Shown piece by piece: positions 46,701-57,969 of a stretch of 64,000 nt of DNA. Source of the DNA: Prochlorococcus sp. AG-347-L02 (GTDB lineage Bacteria > Cyanobacteriota > Cyanobacteriia > PCC-6307 > Cyanobiaceae). The position numbers and the translations under genes are program-made. The notes beneath the pieces were generated by a model that saw only the letters and a list, made by a program, of their open reading frames with translations, ran no database searches and was not told the origin of the DNA. The stretch covers positions 648 to 64,647 of the forward strand of contig QCCL01000007.1 of the NCBI GenBank assembly GCA_003281255.1, in the 5' to 3' direction. Every line of letters begins with the position of its first letter. The first letter of the stretch is position 1.

Positions 46701-47290
46701 AAGAACAAAGTGGAAAGGTTAATGCTATTGGATATGATTTATATATAGAAATGCTCCATGAGGCTATTTCAGAAATCAGTGGGCAAGAAATACCTGAAGT
46801 TAACGACACTCAAATTGATCTACCAATAAATGCATTTATACCAGCAACATGGATATTAAACAGGGAAGAGAAGCTTGAGGCTTACAAATCTGCTACTGAA
46901 TGTTCAAATAATGATGAATTAACCGAATTAGCTACAGACTGGGTGAATAGATATGGAAACTTACCCAAACCTGTTGAGTCCCTGATTATGATAATGAGAC
47001 TAAAATTACTAGCTAAAAAATGTGGTTTTAATAAGATCAAGCTCAAAAAGCCAAACATCCTGATAGAGACAAAATTAAAAAATTCTACTTTCAAAATTCT
47101 TAAAAGTTCCTTAGCAAGTAGTGTTCAAAATAAATTTAATTTTAATGAAGGCAATCAATTATCAATCATCACTATAAGAGGAATAGGTGCAACTGAAATT
47201 CAAAATCAAATTGATCAACTAATGTTGTGGTTCGGGTCTTTTGAAAGAGAAATAAAGAATTTCGATAAAGAACTTATTAAAAGAGGATAA
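43781..47290 (+). CDS. mfd: Transcription-repair coupling factor
   Basis: 1169 aa. CarD-like GDFIVHKNHGIGKF, helicase motifs GDVGFGKTEVA, DEEQRFG, LSATPIPRT, QLRGRVGRS, and a TRCF C-terminal domain. Confidence 0.95.
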   Translation: MSLNTLVNYISNSQITSELIKRISKNNELNIVGSSRYAKSIILDSIAKKEGKNILLICPNVEIAYKWIGYFESINNKAVLYYPPTEHLPYSSINKSKEIEFSQLTVLSKLIKKEKKELNIVISTERSLQPHLINKNLFIENKLDLQKGVQIEIQELANKLTFLGYTKENVTSTEGFWSRRGEIIDIYPVNNEFPIRLEFFDNVIEKIREYDPHTQKTLESINNIEIIQAGFDLLIKDKLNNLSKNSIFNSEDINKNNLDRYLGIIEEKPSNIIDFINRETIIVIDELEDCKKFANNWYLDSESNFDNCVYELNENLKNNEMNLEAKPNLHLKFDEILNSLGNFNLIKFYEFESKVNIDNRFLLNDKRLNSYSKNIGKLSNDINKNIKNNEKVWILSAQPLRTRTLLSEHECNTNFLNNPNNIDEAFKSINNSTPLILKNKNNYEIEGFYLPIWKVVLITDKELFSQQSLFNNVFIRRKKRSVNSNINLNKISPGDFIVHKNHGIGKFLKIEKINITGDSRDYLVIQYQDGKISVAADQLGSVNRYRSSGKIKPKINKLGGTEWERIKDKNKKQIKKVAVDILKLYAKREKLKGHIYPEDGPWQGELEESFPYQPTPDQITAVKEIKSDMESEKPMDRLVCGDVGFGKTEVAVRAIFKAITSGKQVILLAPTTILAQQHWRTINNRFSPYPIKVSLLNRFKTINERKEIYAGLKNNKIDLVVATHQILGKEIEIKNLGLLVIDEEQRFGVRQKEKIKKIKTNIDVLTLSATPIPRTLYMSLSGLRQMSLLNTPPPSRRSIKTYLYEIDIDVIRTAINQELDRGGQIFYVLPRISDIDQAVDKLKNMFPSLKFIVAHGQMNETELENAMIAFNNGEVDLMICTTIIESGLDIPKVNTIIIEDSHKFGLSQLYQLRGRVGRSGVQAHAWLFYPNINKINDAAKQRLKAIKDFSELGSGYQLAMKDMEIRGVGSLLGEEQSGKVNAIGYDLYIEMLHEAISEISGQEIPEVNDTQIDLPINAFIPATWILNREEKLEAYKSATECSNNDELTELATDWVNRYGNLPKPVESLIMIMRLKLLAKKCGFNKIKLKKPNILIETKLKNSTFKILKSSLASSVQNKFNFNEGNQLSIITIRGIGATEIQNQIDQLMLWFGSFEREIKNFDKELIKRG

Positions 47291-47362
47291 ATTATTAAAT
47301 AATTATATAAAATCCGCGAATCAGTTTGAATTCGGTTAGGTTTATAAAAATTTATTTTTTTT

Positions 47363-47524
47363 ATGGGTGAATATATAGACGTCGGAATTCAAACTTCGAT
47401 TTTACCCTTATCAATTATCCTTTCATCAATTGTACTTGGCATATTTGCATTATTTGGTGAAGAAACAGAAAATGATGATGATGATTCTGATTCAGGAAGT
47501 GGCGGCCTAATGCAACCTATTTAA
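47363..47524 (+). CDS. 53-aa single-TM mini-ORF with acidic tail
   Basis: Read by hand: MGEYIDVGIQTSILPLSIILSSIVLGIFALFGEETENDDDDSDSGSGGLMQPI. Confidence 0.3.
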   Translation: MGEYIDVGIQTSILPLSIILSSIVLGIFALFGEETENDDDDSDSGSGGLMQPI

Positions 47525-47526
47525 AA

Positions 47527-47895
47527 TTATTTATAAATAATTTGTTTTGACTTTCTCTTGGAGACTCTTATTAACCTATAGAAGGAACCTATCATTAAAA
47601 TAAGAGCGATAAATGAAGAGACAAAAATAAAAATCACCAAAAAAATTTCATATAGATATGAAAAGAGATCAATTAATAATAAAAAAGATTTATTAAATGT
47701 AGAAGGTAGATTTTGTAACAGCAAATTTTTATTAGGAATTAAATAATTTACATAAACTAATAAAACACTCAAAATAAACAAAAAGAAGGATTCAGTAAAC
47801 AGTCTTCTTTTGGATTTTCTTCTTAAATTTAATTTTTTTTTAAAAATATATTTATCAGATTTAATATTCAAATTTGGGATGTTTAAATCTGCCAT
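47527..47895 (-). CDS. Membrane hypothetical protein
   Basis: 122 aa, basic N-terminus and two TM helices. Confidence 0.5.
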   Translation of the reverse strand: MADLNIPNLNIKSDKYIFKKKLNLRRKSKRRLFTESFFLFILSVLLVYVNYLIPNKNLLLQNLPSTFNKSFLLLIDLFSYLYEIFLVIFIFVSSFIALILMIGSFYRLIRVSKRKSKQIIYK

Positions 47896-47982
47896 AAATC
47901 AAAGCTAAAGAATAAATTTGAATAACTCTGAAAAGAAATTAACCTATAGTATCGTGTTTGTATTTAAGATGCTAATTGCTCT

Positions 47983-48573
47983 TTATTCAGGATTTATTAG
48001 TTCTTTTTTTTCTATATTTTCAAAAGGACTATAAAAATAAATAAAAGAAGAAGAGAATAAAATTAAAGAGCAAATGGCAATAAATGGTGAAATAAATAAA
48101 TTGAAAAATTTAACTTTTTTATTAAACCCAAATCTTAATTTTTTAGGAATGTTAGTAGGTATATAAGTTTTTTTTATTCTTACTTTTGGCGATTCATTTA
48201 ACTGATCAAAACAATTTATGGTATCTGAAAGTAATGAATTACCAATCTTTAAAACTAAAGGCTTTACATTTGGTTTAGAGCTCTTGAGAATAATATTATG
48301 TATGTGGAGATTATCGGCTTTTATATCTATTAATTTAGACTCATATATTGGGATTTCGTTTTTGATTAAAAGATTTGAATAAATATAAAAAGCATCCATA
48401 ATAGGTCCTAAATGTTCAATTTTTCCTTCAATAAGTGGTTTATCAACTAAGGTTAATTTCCATTGAGAAATTATAGATATTTGATCTTTATTTTCATTAT
48501 TAGAATAATCTGGCAATCCGATTATTTCGAGACTTACTGAAGATTGATGAAATGACAATTTATTTTGCATCAT
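47983..48573 (-). CDS. Conserved hypothetical protein with C-terminal TM helix
   Basis: 196 aa. Tightly packed (1-nt gap) behind the upstream 122-aa ORF. Confidence 0.55.
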   Translation of the reverse strand: MMQNKLSFHQSSVSLEIIGLPDYSNNENKDQISIISQWKLTLVDKPLIEGKIEHLGPIMDAFYIYSNLLIKNEIPIYESKLIDIKADNLHIHNIILKSSKPNVKPLVLKIGNSLLSDTINCFDQLNESPKVRIKKTYIPTNIPKKLRFGFNKKVKFFNLFISPFIAICSLILFSSSFIYFYSPFENIEKKELINPE

Positions 48574-48574
48574 A

Positions 48575-48943
48575 TTAAAAATCGTATAAAAAATTCTTCA
48601 ACTTTTGATAACCCTGATTTGAAATGCAAAAAGATAAAATAAGCAAAGATTTTATGATAATCTCATCATTTTCAGCTTGATTTAAAAGCTTTTTCACTCT
48701 CATACTTTCCATATTAAATCTCTCTTTAATCAACTCAATAAATCTCTTATTAAAATCATTCCAAATAACTGAATTCTCTTCAATATCTTCTTTAGATTTC
48801 AGTATCTCTCTGATATAAGGATATAAATATTTAGACATTTCAACTGTAATTCTAATTAAGGCATCGAATTCGTTAATTTTAATATTGTTAGTAACGTAAG
48901 ATTTTCTCAATGGATTATTGTTCCTTAATTTCCAAATAGTCAC
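48575..48943 (-). CDS. Hypothetical protein. The reading frame stays open a further 55 codons upstream (to 49108) without a canonical start
   Basis: 122 aa from GTG at 48943. See the finding on 48944-49108. Confidence 0.55.
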   Translation of the reverse strand: MTIWKLRNNNPLRKSYVTNNIKINEFDALIRITVEMSKYLYPYIREILKSKEDIEENSVIWNDFNKRFIELIKERFNMESMRVKKLLNQAENDEIIIKSLLILSFCISNQGYQKLKNFLYDF

Positions 48944-49137
48944 TTTATTTGGTAGAACATTATTTAAATTAAGTTTATTTGATAAGGCGTAAAGGGACTG
49001 GATACCATTTAAGTCAATAGTTTCTAGTATTAATATTAATAAATCAAGCTTCTCAATAGATTTTCTTGATACCTGATTTCCTCTAGTTAAAACTGTAATT
49101 GTTCTCGGTTAGATTTATGCGAATTATAACAGAATTA

Positions 49138-49335
49138 TTATTCCATTTTTTTAAATAAAAATGAATATAACTTATCTAGTTCTTCAATAGTTAGCATTCC
49201 ATAACTCCATAATAATATTGGTAATGGAGTGTTGTTTTTTATAGATAATTTTATACCAAGTTCAATAGTAGATTCATCTAAACCTAATACATTAAATAAA
49301 TAAATTATCATTTCTCTAGATAAATAATTATTCAT
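49138..49335 (-). CDS. Small conserved hypothetical protein
   Basis: 65 aa, helical. Sits 5 nt downstream of the monooxygenase gene on the same strand. Confidence 0.5.
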   Translation of the reverse strand: MNNYLSREMIIYLFNVLGLDESTIELGIKLSIKNNTPLPILLWSYGMLTIEELDKLYSFLFKKME

Positions 49336-49340
49336 GAATT

Positions 49341-50495
49341 CTATTTAATACTTGAGTAAATGAGAGATTTAGTCATTTGATTTAGGACTAATTTTCTTGT
49401 AAAAAGAAATTTATTTAAAAGTAAAAATGAAAATTTCCTAATTGGAAATAAAAAAATGTTTCTATTAGCAAAAATTGATATCAATAAGTCAGTTATAAAA
49501 ATAGTGACGATAATATCAAAAATCCTGCTTGAAAAATACTTAAATTTAAATAATATTAATTCCATTTTAGTAATAGCAGTATTTTTATTAAAAAGATTAT
49601 AAATAGTATTTACATCTCTCCAACAAGTATTAAGACCCTGACCGCCAACAGGATGAAATGTATGAAATGCATCTCCTACAAAAACTAATTTTTTAAAATT
49701 TAAAACTGGTAAATTTAAGGATAATGAAACAGGAAAAATATTAAATTCGCCAACTATTTGGTCCAACTTAAATTCATCTGGCAAGATTGTTGATAAATTA
49801 TCCATTAAAAAATTCTTGTCAGAATTTAACCTTTCAATTGCCTTCAATGTACTGGAAGTCCAAATTACTTGATATAAGTTTTTTTCTAAAGGCAATAATG
49901 CAAGTGGGCCTTCTTTTCTAAAAATTTCATAAGCACGCTTTTCACAATGACCTCTAAGAGAAACTTTAAAAGTTAAACAAGATTGACTATAAGATTTTTT
50001 TATATCAACAAAATCTAAGAATTTTTTATCAAGTGAGTTTGCTCCTGTTGAGTAGAATTGATAATCAAATAATATTTTTTTACGCAACAATCTCTGTGGT
50101 GTCATAAAAAAAATATTTTCATAATTATCAATCTCTTGAAAAAATACGTTCATGAGATCCGAATGTTTAACTACCCAGCCAATATTTTCAGCAGAACTTA
50201 TATCATCATCTAAGTCAGAAGTTGATAAGGTGGTAAAAGCAGAAGTTACACTATCTGAAATTGAAAGGGTATCAAAGCCAAATAAAAATGGTTCTAATTT
50301 TTCCCAAAGTCTGAATTTAGATAATATTTTTCTTGTTGAGTGAGTAATTGCATAAGTTTTATCTTTATCAATTAATCTATCTTTTGTTAATAAATCAGTT
50401 AAAAAAATATTGCAATCAAATTTTGAAAGTGCAATTGAAAGTAATAAACCTGTGGGACCTGATCCAACAATTTTAAAATTGAATTTATTTTTCAT
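49341..50495 (-). CDS. FAD-dependent monooxygenase, UbiH/Coq6 family (quinone biosynthesis hydroxylase-like)
   Basis: 384 aa. N-terminal dinucleotide fold KIVGSGPTGLLLSIAL and FVGDAFHTFHPVGGQGLNTCWRDV. Confidence 0.8.
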   Translation of the reverse strand: MKNKFNFKIVGSGPTGLLLSIALSKFDCNIFLTDLLTKDRLIDKDKTYAITHSTRKILSKFRLWEKLEPFLFGFDTLSISDSVTSAFTTLSTSDLDDDISSAENIGWVVKHSDLMNVFFQEIDNYENIFFMTPQRLLRKKILFDYQFYSTGANSLDKKFLDFVDIKKSYSQSCLTFKVSLRGHCEKRAYEIFRKEGPLALLPLEKNLYQVIWTSSTLKAIERLNSDKNFLMDNLSTILPDEFKLDQIVGEFNIFPVSLSLNLPVLNFKKLVFVGDAFHTFHPVGGQGLNTCWRDVNTIYNLFNKNTAITKMELILFKFKYFSSRIFDIIVTIFITDLLISIFANRNIFLFPIRKFSFLLLNKFLFTRKLVLNQMTKSLIYSSIK

Positions 50496-50514
50496 CAGAT
50501 TATATAAGCATCAA

Positions 50515-51156
50515 CTATCTATTCAGATAAATATAGCAAATTTCCTCAAATGCTGGTCTTAATAAATAGGGATACTCACCAACCCATAAGTTTATTTCTG
50601 GAAGCCAAGCATCGGTCAAATAAAAATCTCTGTCAAAATTACGGTTATCAGATGTTATTAAACATCTGATACTAGAACCTACCCTAATTTGACTGTGCTT
50701 ATTTTCCATAGGAAAACTTAATTTTTCCAAATAACCATCTTCATCTTCTAATTCAAGTACTAACCAAGTCCTTTTGTTTTCGATAACTTCTAATCGACCT
50801 TGCCTATTGGATTGTTCTCTTGAACTTTCTATCTTTTCTGTTTTATAGATATCTGATATATAACCATCAAATATAGAAAAAAATTTATATTTTCTTAATT
50901 TCAAATTTTTTCTACTTGATTCGAGAATTGGGCCCCAGATGATATACAAAAAGAAACCTACACATAGGAATAACCAGAAATTATTAGTTTGATCTCCAGT
51001 AGAACTAATAATTAATGTGATAAATCCACCAATTGAAGAAACTATTACTCTTTGAAGAATTTTTCTCGGATTCCCCAAAGCGTACTTAAATTGACTTCCT
51101 GTACCAACTGCAGGAATAAGTTTTGAAATTTGACTTGAATTAACTGGAATTAACAT
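50515..51156 (-). CDS. Conserved membrane hypothetical protein
   Basis: 213 aa, two TM helices then a soluble C-terminal domain. 1-nt gap to dapB. Confidence 0.55.
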   Translation of the reverse strand: MLIPVNSSQISKLIPAVGTGSQFKYALGNPRKILQRVIVSSIGGFITLIISSTGDQTNNFWLFLCVGFFLYIIWGPILESSRKNLKLRKYKFFSIFDGYISDIYKTEKIESSREQSNRQGRLEVIENKRTWLVLELEDEDGYLEKLSFPMENKHSQIRVGSSIRCLITSDNRNFDRDFYLTDAWLPEINLWVGEYPYLLRPAFEEICYIYLNR

Positions 51157-51157
51157 T

Positions 51158-52006
51158 TTAAAAAATCAATTTTTCAAGTCCGTAAACTAAAGTTTCATAA
51201 TTACCAATTTTTTTAATAGCCTGTAAAACTCCTGGCATATATGCCTTTCTATCAATAGTGTCATGTTTAATTGTGTAAGTTTCCCCTGGAGATCCCATAA
51301 TTACTAACTGATGAGCGAGTAATCCTGGTAATCGTACAGAATGTATATTAATTCCTGAATCTCTAAGCCCACCCCGTACACCTTTCAATGACTCAGACTC
51401 TTTTACTAAATTCTGATTAAATTTCTTTGGATATTCTTCAATCATTTCTGCAGTTTTTATACATGTCCCACTAGGAGAATCAGCTTTTTGATTATGATGC
51501 ATCTCTATTAATTCAATATTGTCATAAAACCTTGCAGCTACCGATGCCGCCTGCTGAAGAAGAACCATCCCTACTGAAAAATTAGGAATTATTGCACAAC
51601 CAACCGATGCTTTCTGAGCAAAAACAGACAAATCTTGTATTTGCGAAGGGCTTAGACCTGTAGTTCCTACTACTGGTGATACACCATATGCAATAGCTGA
51701 TCTGGTATTTTCATATACAGAATCAGGATGAGTAAAATCAACCAGCACAGGTTTGATTTTTTCATTTCTATAATTTTGACTAACAGAACATAAAGTGCCT
51801 TCAAAATCATTTGAAACAAAAACATCACAATTTTTTACCTTCAATAATTCAGAAATATTTGAGCCATTGTTCTTTTCGTTTATGTCGATTGCTGCAACAA
51901 GTTCACAATCTGTAGAATTTAATACAGTATTGACAACTTCGCTACCCATTCTGCCTAAAGCTCCGGATACTAGTACTGGTACAGGTTTTTTAGAATTTTC
52001 AATCAT
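51158..52006 (-). CDS. dapB: 4-hydroxy-tetrahydrodipicolinate reductase
   Basis: 282 aa. VSGALGRMG (NAD(P)-binding), [14 protein letters not shown], and the C-terminal tetramerisation region. Confidence 0.95.
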   Translation of the reverse strand: MIENSKKPVPVLVSGALGRMGSEVVNTVLNSTDCELVAAIDINEKNNGSNISELLKVKNCDVFVSNDFEGTLCSVSQNYRNEKIKPVLVDFTHPDSVYENTRSAIAYGVSPVVGTTGLSPSQIQDLSVFAQKASVGCAIIPNFSVGMVLLQQAASVAARFYDNIELIEMHHNQKADSPSGTCIKTAEMIEEYPKKFNQNLVKESESLKGVRGGLRDSGINIHSVRLPGLLAHQLVIMGSPGETYTIKHDTIDRKAYMPGVLQAIKKIGNYETLVYGLEKLIF

Positions 52007-52108
52007 TTTTTTTAAAAAACTTTTTTTAAAGGTTGTTACACGCTATTTATATTGCACACAATAACGTCTTTTCATTCGTAGGCTGGTAGAAATACTTAAA
52101 GAAAATCA

Positions 52109-55100
52109 ATGTTTACGCAGGTCCGCTCAGCAAACCGCAGAGTATCTCCTGTTGAGGATAACAAACACAAAGTTGTAATAAAAGCAGTTTATGTTGTCCT
52201 TGAGCCACAATACCAAAATTCCTTAACGGAAGCTGCAAAGTCAATAAATAAAATGAATGGGCCAATAGGTATAGACCTTAGTGGCTATCTTATAGAAGAA
52301 CTCAGGAATGATACTAATTTTGAAGATTTTAAAGAAGACATAGCTAATGCAGATATATTTGTTGCTTCTCTAATTTTTATTGAAGACCTTGCTCAAAAAG
52401 TGGTTGATGCAGTATCTCCATTTAAAGACAAACTTAAAGCATCAATTGTTTTCCCCTCAATGCCAGAGGTAATGAGATTAAATAAGCTAGGTTCATTTAG
52501 TATGGCCCAACTTGGTCAATCTAAAAGTATTATTGGAGATTTAATAAAAAAGAAAAAAGAATCTGATGGAGCAAGTTTCCAAGATTCAATGTTGAAGTTA
52601 TTAAATACACTACCTTCAATACTTAAATATTTACCAGTAGAAAAAGCTCAAGATGCTAGAACATTTATTCTGAGTTTTCAGTACTGGTTAGGTGGTACCA
52701 CTGAGAACTTAAAGAACTTCTTGTTAATGATCTCTGAAAAGTACGCTGTTTCAGAGATCATAAAAGATCAAATAGAAGAATTCAAAATTCAAGACCCTGA
52801 AACATTTCCAGATTTAGGAATTTGGCATCCGCTTGCTCCTTGCATGTTTGAAAGTCTTAAAGAATATCAAAATTGGGAAAATAATAGGAAAGATATAAAC
52901 CCTAAAGATGACAAAACTACAACAATAGGTTTAGTACTTCAAAGGAGTCATATCGTAACGGGAGATGACGCGCATTACGTTGCTGTTATTCAAGAATTGG
53001 AATACAGAGGTGCGAGAGTACTGCCTATCTTCTGTGGAGGCCTAGATTTTTCTAAACCAGTTAATGAATTTTATTATGATTCAATAAATCATGATCAACC
53101 TATAGTAGATGGAGTTGTATCACTAACAGGATTTGCTCTAGTTGGTGGTCCAGCAAGACAAGATCACCCTAAAGCTATTGAAGCCCTAAAAAGGTTAAAC
53201 AGACCTTATATGGTTGCACTTCCATTAGTCTTCCAAACCACACAAGAATGGGAAGACAGTGATCTAGGTTTACACCCTGTTCAGGTAGCCCTTCAGATTG
53301 CAATTCCAGAGCTAGATGGTGCTATTGAACCTATTATTCTCTCAGGTCGTGATGATGCTACAGGTAAGGCGCATACGCTCCAAGATAGAGTTGATGTAAT
53401 AGCTGAAAGAGCAATAAAATGGTCAACTTTAAGAGTTAAACAAAGAAAGGATAAAAAATTAGCCATCACAGTATTTAGTTTTCCACCAGACAAAGGAAAT
53501 GTTGGTACGGCAGCATACTTGAATGTTTTTGGTTCAATTTATAGAGTACTGCTTGAAATGAAATCGAAAGGATATCAAATAGATGAACTTCCAAGTAATT
53601 CAAAAGAATTAATGGAAAAAGTAATTAATAACCCTGAAGCCATGGATGGCTCTCCAGAGTTAAATATTGCTCATAAGATGTCAGTAAAAGAATACGAAGA
53701 ATTCACACCATATTCAGAAAGACTTGAAGAGAATTGGGGTAAACCTCCTGGGAATCTCAATAGTGACGGACAAAACCTTCTTATCTATGGAAAACATTTT
53801 GGAAATGTTTTTATAGGAGTTCAACCTACATTCGGTTATGAAGGTGATCCCATGAGATTGCTCTATTCAAGAAGTGCTAGTCCTCATCATGGTTTTGCCG
53901 CTTATTACACGTATGTAGAAAAAATCTGGGGGGCTGATGCTGTTCTTCATTTTGGAACTCACGGCTCACTTGAATTTATGCCTGGGAAGCAGATGGGTAT
54001 GAGTGAAACTTGCTATCCGGATTCTCTCATTGGATCATTGCCTAATTTGTATTACTATGCTGCGAATAATCCATCTGAAGCAACAATTGCGAAGAGAAGA
54101 GGATATGCTTCAACTATTAGTTATCTGACTCCTCCAGCGGAAAATGCTGGCCTTTACAAAGGACTTAAAGAACTAAGTGAACTCGTTGGTTCTTATCAAC
54201 AATTAAGAGAAAATAGCAGAGGTATTCAAATTGTTAATGCAATAGTTGAGACTTCTAAACAATGTAACCTTGACAAAGATGTAGAGCCTCCTTCAAAAGA
54301 CGTAGAAGAACTTTCAATAGATGAAAGAGATTTATTTGTTGGTAATGTCTATAAACAGTTGATGGAAATTGAAAGTAGATTGTTACCTTGCGGTCTTCAT
54401 ACTATTGGAGAAGCTCCAACAGCAGAAGAAGCTGTTGCAACACTTGTAAATATTGCATCTTTAGAGAGAGAACAAGAAGGATTAAGATCCCTTCCTGGAC
54501 TACTCGCAGAATCCATTAGTCTAACTATTGAACAGATTTATGATGGTAATAATAAAGGTGAACTTAAATTTGTAGAGTTAAATGAAAAAATCATAAAGAC
54601 ATCAAGAGACTCGATTTTTGCGATGGTTAACTCTTTAAAAATTGTCGATGGCAGAGTTTATTTAGAAAAATCACTTCTTTCCAAACTTTTCAATTTACTT
54701 AAAGTTTTTGGTCTAAATCTACCTACCCCTTGGCTAAGAGTCTGCCGATTAAATGGATTTAATGAAGTCAATCAAAAAGAATTAAATAAATTATTTGATT
54801 ACTTACTTTTCTGTCTGGAACAGGTCTGCGCAGACAAAGAAATGGATAGTCTCATTAAAGCACTAGATGGAAATTATGTTTTACCAGGACCAGGTGGAGA
54901 TCCCATAAGAAATCCAGGTGTTTTGCCCAGTGGAAAAAATATCCATGCACTTGATCCTCAATCAATTCCAACTACAGCAGCAGTAGCAGCAGCGAAGTCT
55001 GTTGTTGACAAATTAATTGAAAGACAAAAGGAAGAGCAAGGAACTTGGCCTGAAACAATAGCTTGTGTTTTATGGGGTACTGATAACATCAAAACTTACG

Positions 55101-56119
55101 GTGAATCACTGGCACAAATCTTATGGTTTGTTGGAGTAAAACCAAAACCAGATTCTGTTGGAAGAATTAATAAACTAGAATTAATCCCCTTAGAAGAATT
55201 AGGTAGGCCAAGAATAGATGTAGTAGTTAACTGTTCAGGAGTATTTAGAGATCTATTTATCAATCAAATGGCATTAATAGATCAGGCAGTCAAATTAGCA
55301 GCTGAAGCTGATGAACCATTGGAATCTAATTTTGTAAGGAAACATTCACTAGAACAAGCAGAAAAAGAAGGCACATCTATAAGAGAAGCTTCTGCGAGAG
55401 TATTCTCTAATGCAAGTGGAAGTTACAGTTCAAATGTTAATTTAGCCGTAGAAAATTCAACTTGGGAGGAAGAAAATGAATTACAAGAAATGTATTTATC
55501 GCGCAAAACATATGCTTTTAATGCCGACAATCCAGGTGAGATGAATCAAAAAAGAGAGGTATTTGAGTCAGTAATGAAAACAGCAGATGTTACATTTCAA
55601 AACCTTGATTCTTCAGAGATTTCATTAACAGATGTAAGTCATTATTTTGATTCGGATCCAACAAAATTGATCAAAACACTAAGAGATGACGGAAAAGAAC
55701 CAAGTAGCTACATAGCGGATACAACCACTTCTAATGCTCAAGTTAGAACACTTGGAGAAACTATCAGATTAGACTCAAGAACAAAACTTTTAAATCCTAA
55801 GTGGTATGAAGGTATGCTCAAATCTGGCTACGAAGGAGTAAGAGAACTCTCTAACAGGCTGAATTATACTCTTGGTTGGAGTGCGACAAGTGGTCAAGTA
55901 GATAATTTTGTATATGAAGAAACTAATGAAACATTTATAAATGACGAAGAGATGAGGAAAAGATTAATGGATCTTAATCCTAATAGTTTCAGAAGAATTG
56001 TTGGAACATTGCTAGAAGTCAATGGTAGGGGATATTGGGAAACTTCAGATGAGAATATAGAACAGTTGAAAGAATTATATCAAGAGGTAGAAGATAAAAT
56101 TGAAGGAGTTAAAGAATAA
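52109..56119 (+). CDS. chlH: Magnesium chelatase subunit H
   Basis: 1336 aa. Strongly ChlH-like throughout ([45 protein letters not shown]). Confidence 0.97.
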   Translation: MFTQVRSANRRVSPVEDNKHKVVIKAVYVVLEPQYQNSLTEAAKSINKMNGPIGIDLSGYLIEELRNDTNFEDFKEDIANADIFVASLIFIEDLAQKVVDAVSPFKDKLKASIVFPSMPEVMRLNKLGSFSMAQLGQSKSIIGDLIKKKKESDGASFQDSMLKLLNTLPSILKYLPVEKAQDARTFILSFQYWLGGTTENLKNFLLMISEKYAVSEIIKDQIEEFKIQDPETFPDLGIWHPLAPCMFESLKEYQNWENNRKDINPKDDKTTTIGLVLQRSHIVTGDDAHYVAVIQELEYRGARVLPIFCGGLDFSKPVNEFYYDSINHDQPIVDGVVSLTGFALVGGPARQDHPKAIEALKRLNRPYMVALPLVFQTTQEWEDSDLGLHPVQVALQIAIPELDGAIEPIILSGRDDATGKAHTLQDRVDVIAERAIKWSTLRVKQRKDKKLAITVFSFPPDKGNVGTAAYLNVFGSIYRVLLEMKSKGYQIDELPSNSKELMEKVINNPEAMDGSPELNIAHKMSVKEYEEFTPYSERLEENWGKPPGNLNSDGQNLLIYGKHFGNVFIGVQPTFGYEGDPMRLLYSRSASPHHGFAAYYTYVEKIWGADAVLHFGTHGSLEFMPGKQMGMSETCYPDSLIGSLPNLYYYAANNPSEATIAKRRGYASTISYLTPPAENAGLYKGLKELSELVGSYQQLRENSRGIQIVNAIVETSKQCNLDKDVEPPSKDVEELSIDERDLFVGNVYKQLMEIESRLLPCGLHTIGEAPTAEEAVATLVNIASLEREQEGLRSLPGLLAESISLTIEQIYDGNNKGELKFVELNEKIIKTSRDSIFAMVNSLKIVDGRVYLEKSLLSKLFNLLKVFGLNLPTPWLRVCRLNGFNEVNQKELNKLFDYLLFCLEQVCADKEMDSLIKALDGNYVLPGPGGDPIRNPGVLPSGKNIHALDPQSIPTTAAVAAAKSVVDKLIERQKEEQGTWPETIACVLWGTDNIKTYGESLAQILWFVGVKPKPDSVGRINKLELIPLEELGRPRIDVVVNCSGVFRDLFINQMALIDQAVKLAAEADEPLESNFVRKHSLEQAEKEGTSIREASARVFSNASGSYSSNVNLAVENSTWEEENELQEMYLSRKTYAFNADNPGEMNQKREVFESVMKTADVTFQNLDSSEISLTDVSHYFDSDPTKLIKTLRDDGKEPSSYIADTTTSNAQVRTLGETIRLDSRTKLLNPKWYEGMLKSGYEGVRELSNRLNYTLGWSATSGQVDNFVYEETNETFINDEEMRKRLMDLNPNSFRRIVGTLLEVNGRGYWETSDENIEQLKELYQEVEDKIEGVKE

Positions 56120-56127
56120 AAAATTTA

Positions 56128-56982
56128 TTATTTTCTGTAAATCTTATCAGCAACCTTCAGGATTTGATAATTTAGTTTGACGTTGTGAACTCTCACAATG
56201 TCAATATTAAATTGAGAACAAAGACAACTTATTGCAAGAGTTCCTATATCCCTTTCTTTTGGATTTTTCTCATTCAAAATTTCTCCTATAAATCTCTTCC
56301 TAGATGCACCTATCAAAATTGGCAAATTCAATTTTTTAAATACATCTAAGTTTCTCAAGATTTCCAAATTATGAATGATATCCTTTGAAAAACCAATTCC
56401 AGGATCCACTATTATATTTCTTTCAGATATATTTTTTTCTAAAGCATTCTTTATTAGATTATCAAGCGAGCACTTAACATCACTCAATACATTCTGGTAA
56501 TTAGAGAGCTGATTCATATTTTGACTATTACCACGACTATGAGTTATGACGAATGGACAGTTGAATTTTGATACAACATCCAAAATTTTTATATCTCTTC
56601 TTCCTCCTGTGACATCATTTATCCAATTAGCACCATTTAAAAGAGCCTCGTAAGCAACTTCGGAATTAAAAGTATCAATAGAAATTAAAACATCTGGAAA
56701 CTCAGATTTTATTAATTTTAAATATGGGATCAATCTTTTTATTTCTATACAAGATCCAACTTCTTCAGCCCCAGGTCTCGTACTTTGAGCACCTAGATCA
56801 ATAACATCAACACCATTGCTCAAGAAATGATTTACTTGATCTAAAACTTTTTTTGAAGAGTTTAATTCCCCACCATCACTAAATGAATCAGGAGTTAAAT
56901 TAATAACTCCCATAATTGAAGTTTTTTGGCCCCAGCCTTTTGGCCATGGTTTTTTCTTATTGATAATTTGCAATTCTCGCAA
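56128..56982 (-). CDS. folP: Dihydropteroate synthase
   Basis: 284 aa. [41 protein letters not shown]. Confidence 0.9.
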   Translation of the reverse strand: MRELQIINKKKPWPKGWGQKTSIMGVINLTPDSFSDGGELNSSKKVLDQVNHFLSNGVDVIDLGAQSTRPGAEEVGSCIEIKRLIPYLKLIKSEFPDVLISIDTFNSEVAYEALLNGANWINDVTGGRRDIKILDVVSKFNCPFVITHSRGNSQNMNQLSNYQNVLSDVKCSLDNLIKNALEKNISERNIIVDPGIGFSKDIIHNLEILRNLDVFKKLNLPILIGASRKRFIGEILNEKNPKERDIGTLAISCLCSQFNIDIVRVHNVKLNYQILKVADKIYRK

Positions 56983-57682
56983 AACTATTTGGATCTAATG
57001 AAGCCCCTCCAACTAACACCCCATCTATATCACTCATTGACATGATTTCGTCTATATTATTAGGATTAACAGATCCTCCATATTGAATAATTACATCATC
57101 AAAACCTATTAATTTCCGAATCAAAGAACATATCTTATTAGCATCTTCAGCCTCACATGTTTTACCAGTTCCAATAGCCCATATTGGTTCATAGGCAACA
57201 ATTAAATTAGATGGATCAGTATTTTCTAATCCTTGTTCAACCTGTCTAGTAATAACTCTATTAGCTTCTCCTCTCTCTCTTTGTTCTAATGATTCTCCTA
57301 CACAAACTATTGGAGTAAGTCCACTAGATTGTGCAAAAACTGCTCTTTTATTAATTTGTTCATCACTTTCACTAAAATATTTCCTTGGTTCACTATGTCC
57401 AACGATTGCATATGAGACACCGTGTTCAAGAAGCATTTTTGGAGATATTTCTGCAGTAAATGCTCCTTGATTTTCCCAATGAATATTTTGACTAGAAATA
57501 TCTAAATAATCAAAATCAGAATGATCAGAAAAGGTTGAAATAGCTGTAAAAGGTGGAGCAATAACAACTTGACGATCATCTTTTATGTTTTTTATTAAAG
57601 GAATAAACTCTTCTAAATAGGATTTAGCTTCAGCACAAGTCATGTGCATTTTCCAATTACCAGCAATTACAGATTTTCTCAA
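56957..57682 (-). CDS. tpiA: Triosephosphate isomerase
   Basis: 241 aa. [31 protein letters not shown]. Confidence 0.95.
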   Translation of the reverse strand: MRKSVIAGNWKMHMTCAEAKSYLEEFIPLIKNIKDDRQVVIAPPFTAISTFSDHSDFDYLDISSQNIHWENQGAFTAEISPKMLLEHGVSYAIVGHSEPRKYFSESDEQINKRAVFAQSSGLTPIVCVGESLEQRERGEANRVITRQVEQGLENTDPSNLIVAYEPIWAIGTGKTCEAEDANKICSLIRKLIGFDDVIIQYGGSVNPNNIDEIMSMSDIDGVLVGGASLDPNSFARIANYQ

Positions 57683-57734
57683 AATACTATCTCCAAGAAA
57701 AATATACTAATACAAAGTGAGTTGAATAAGCTAA

Positions 57735-57911
57735 CTATTCAAAAATTAATTCATTTTTTAGAAATATTACTTTATCTCCTTTATTTAACTTCCTTCCTCT
57801 CCTAGTCTCTATTACATCATTAACCTTAACAGAACCGGATTTAATAAAAACTTTTGCTTCGCCACCGGAAGATACCAAATTTTTCCATTTCAAGAATTGA
57901 TCCAATTTCAT
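57735..57911 (-). CDS. Small S4-domain RNA-binding protein (YbcJ-like)
   Basis: Read by hand (58 aa): MKLDQFLKWKNLVSSGGEAKVFIKSGSVKVNDVIETRRGRKLNKGDKVIFLKNELIFE. Confidence 0.55.
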   Translation of the reverse strand: MKLDQFLKWKNLVSSGGEAKVFIKSGSVKVNDVIETRRGRKLNKGDKVIFLKNELIFE

Positions 57912-57969
57912 TGTTTTTTATACCCAAAGATATTGATAAAGTAGGATAAAGAATTAAATATATAATATC

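Noticed and set aside
56957-56982. 26-nt overlap between the folP start and the tpiA end, considered as a possible misannotation or unusual coupling.
   Set aside because: FolP proteins normally have about 15-25 residues before the MG(I/V)(L/I)N(V/L)TPDSF block, so the upstream ATG is plausible. A downstream start (Met24) would remove the overlap. Either way the arrangement is unremarkable.
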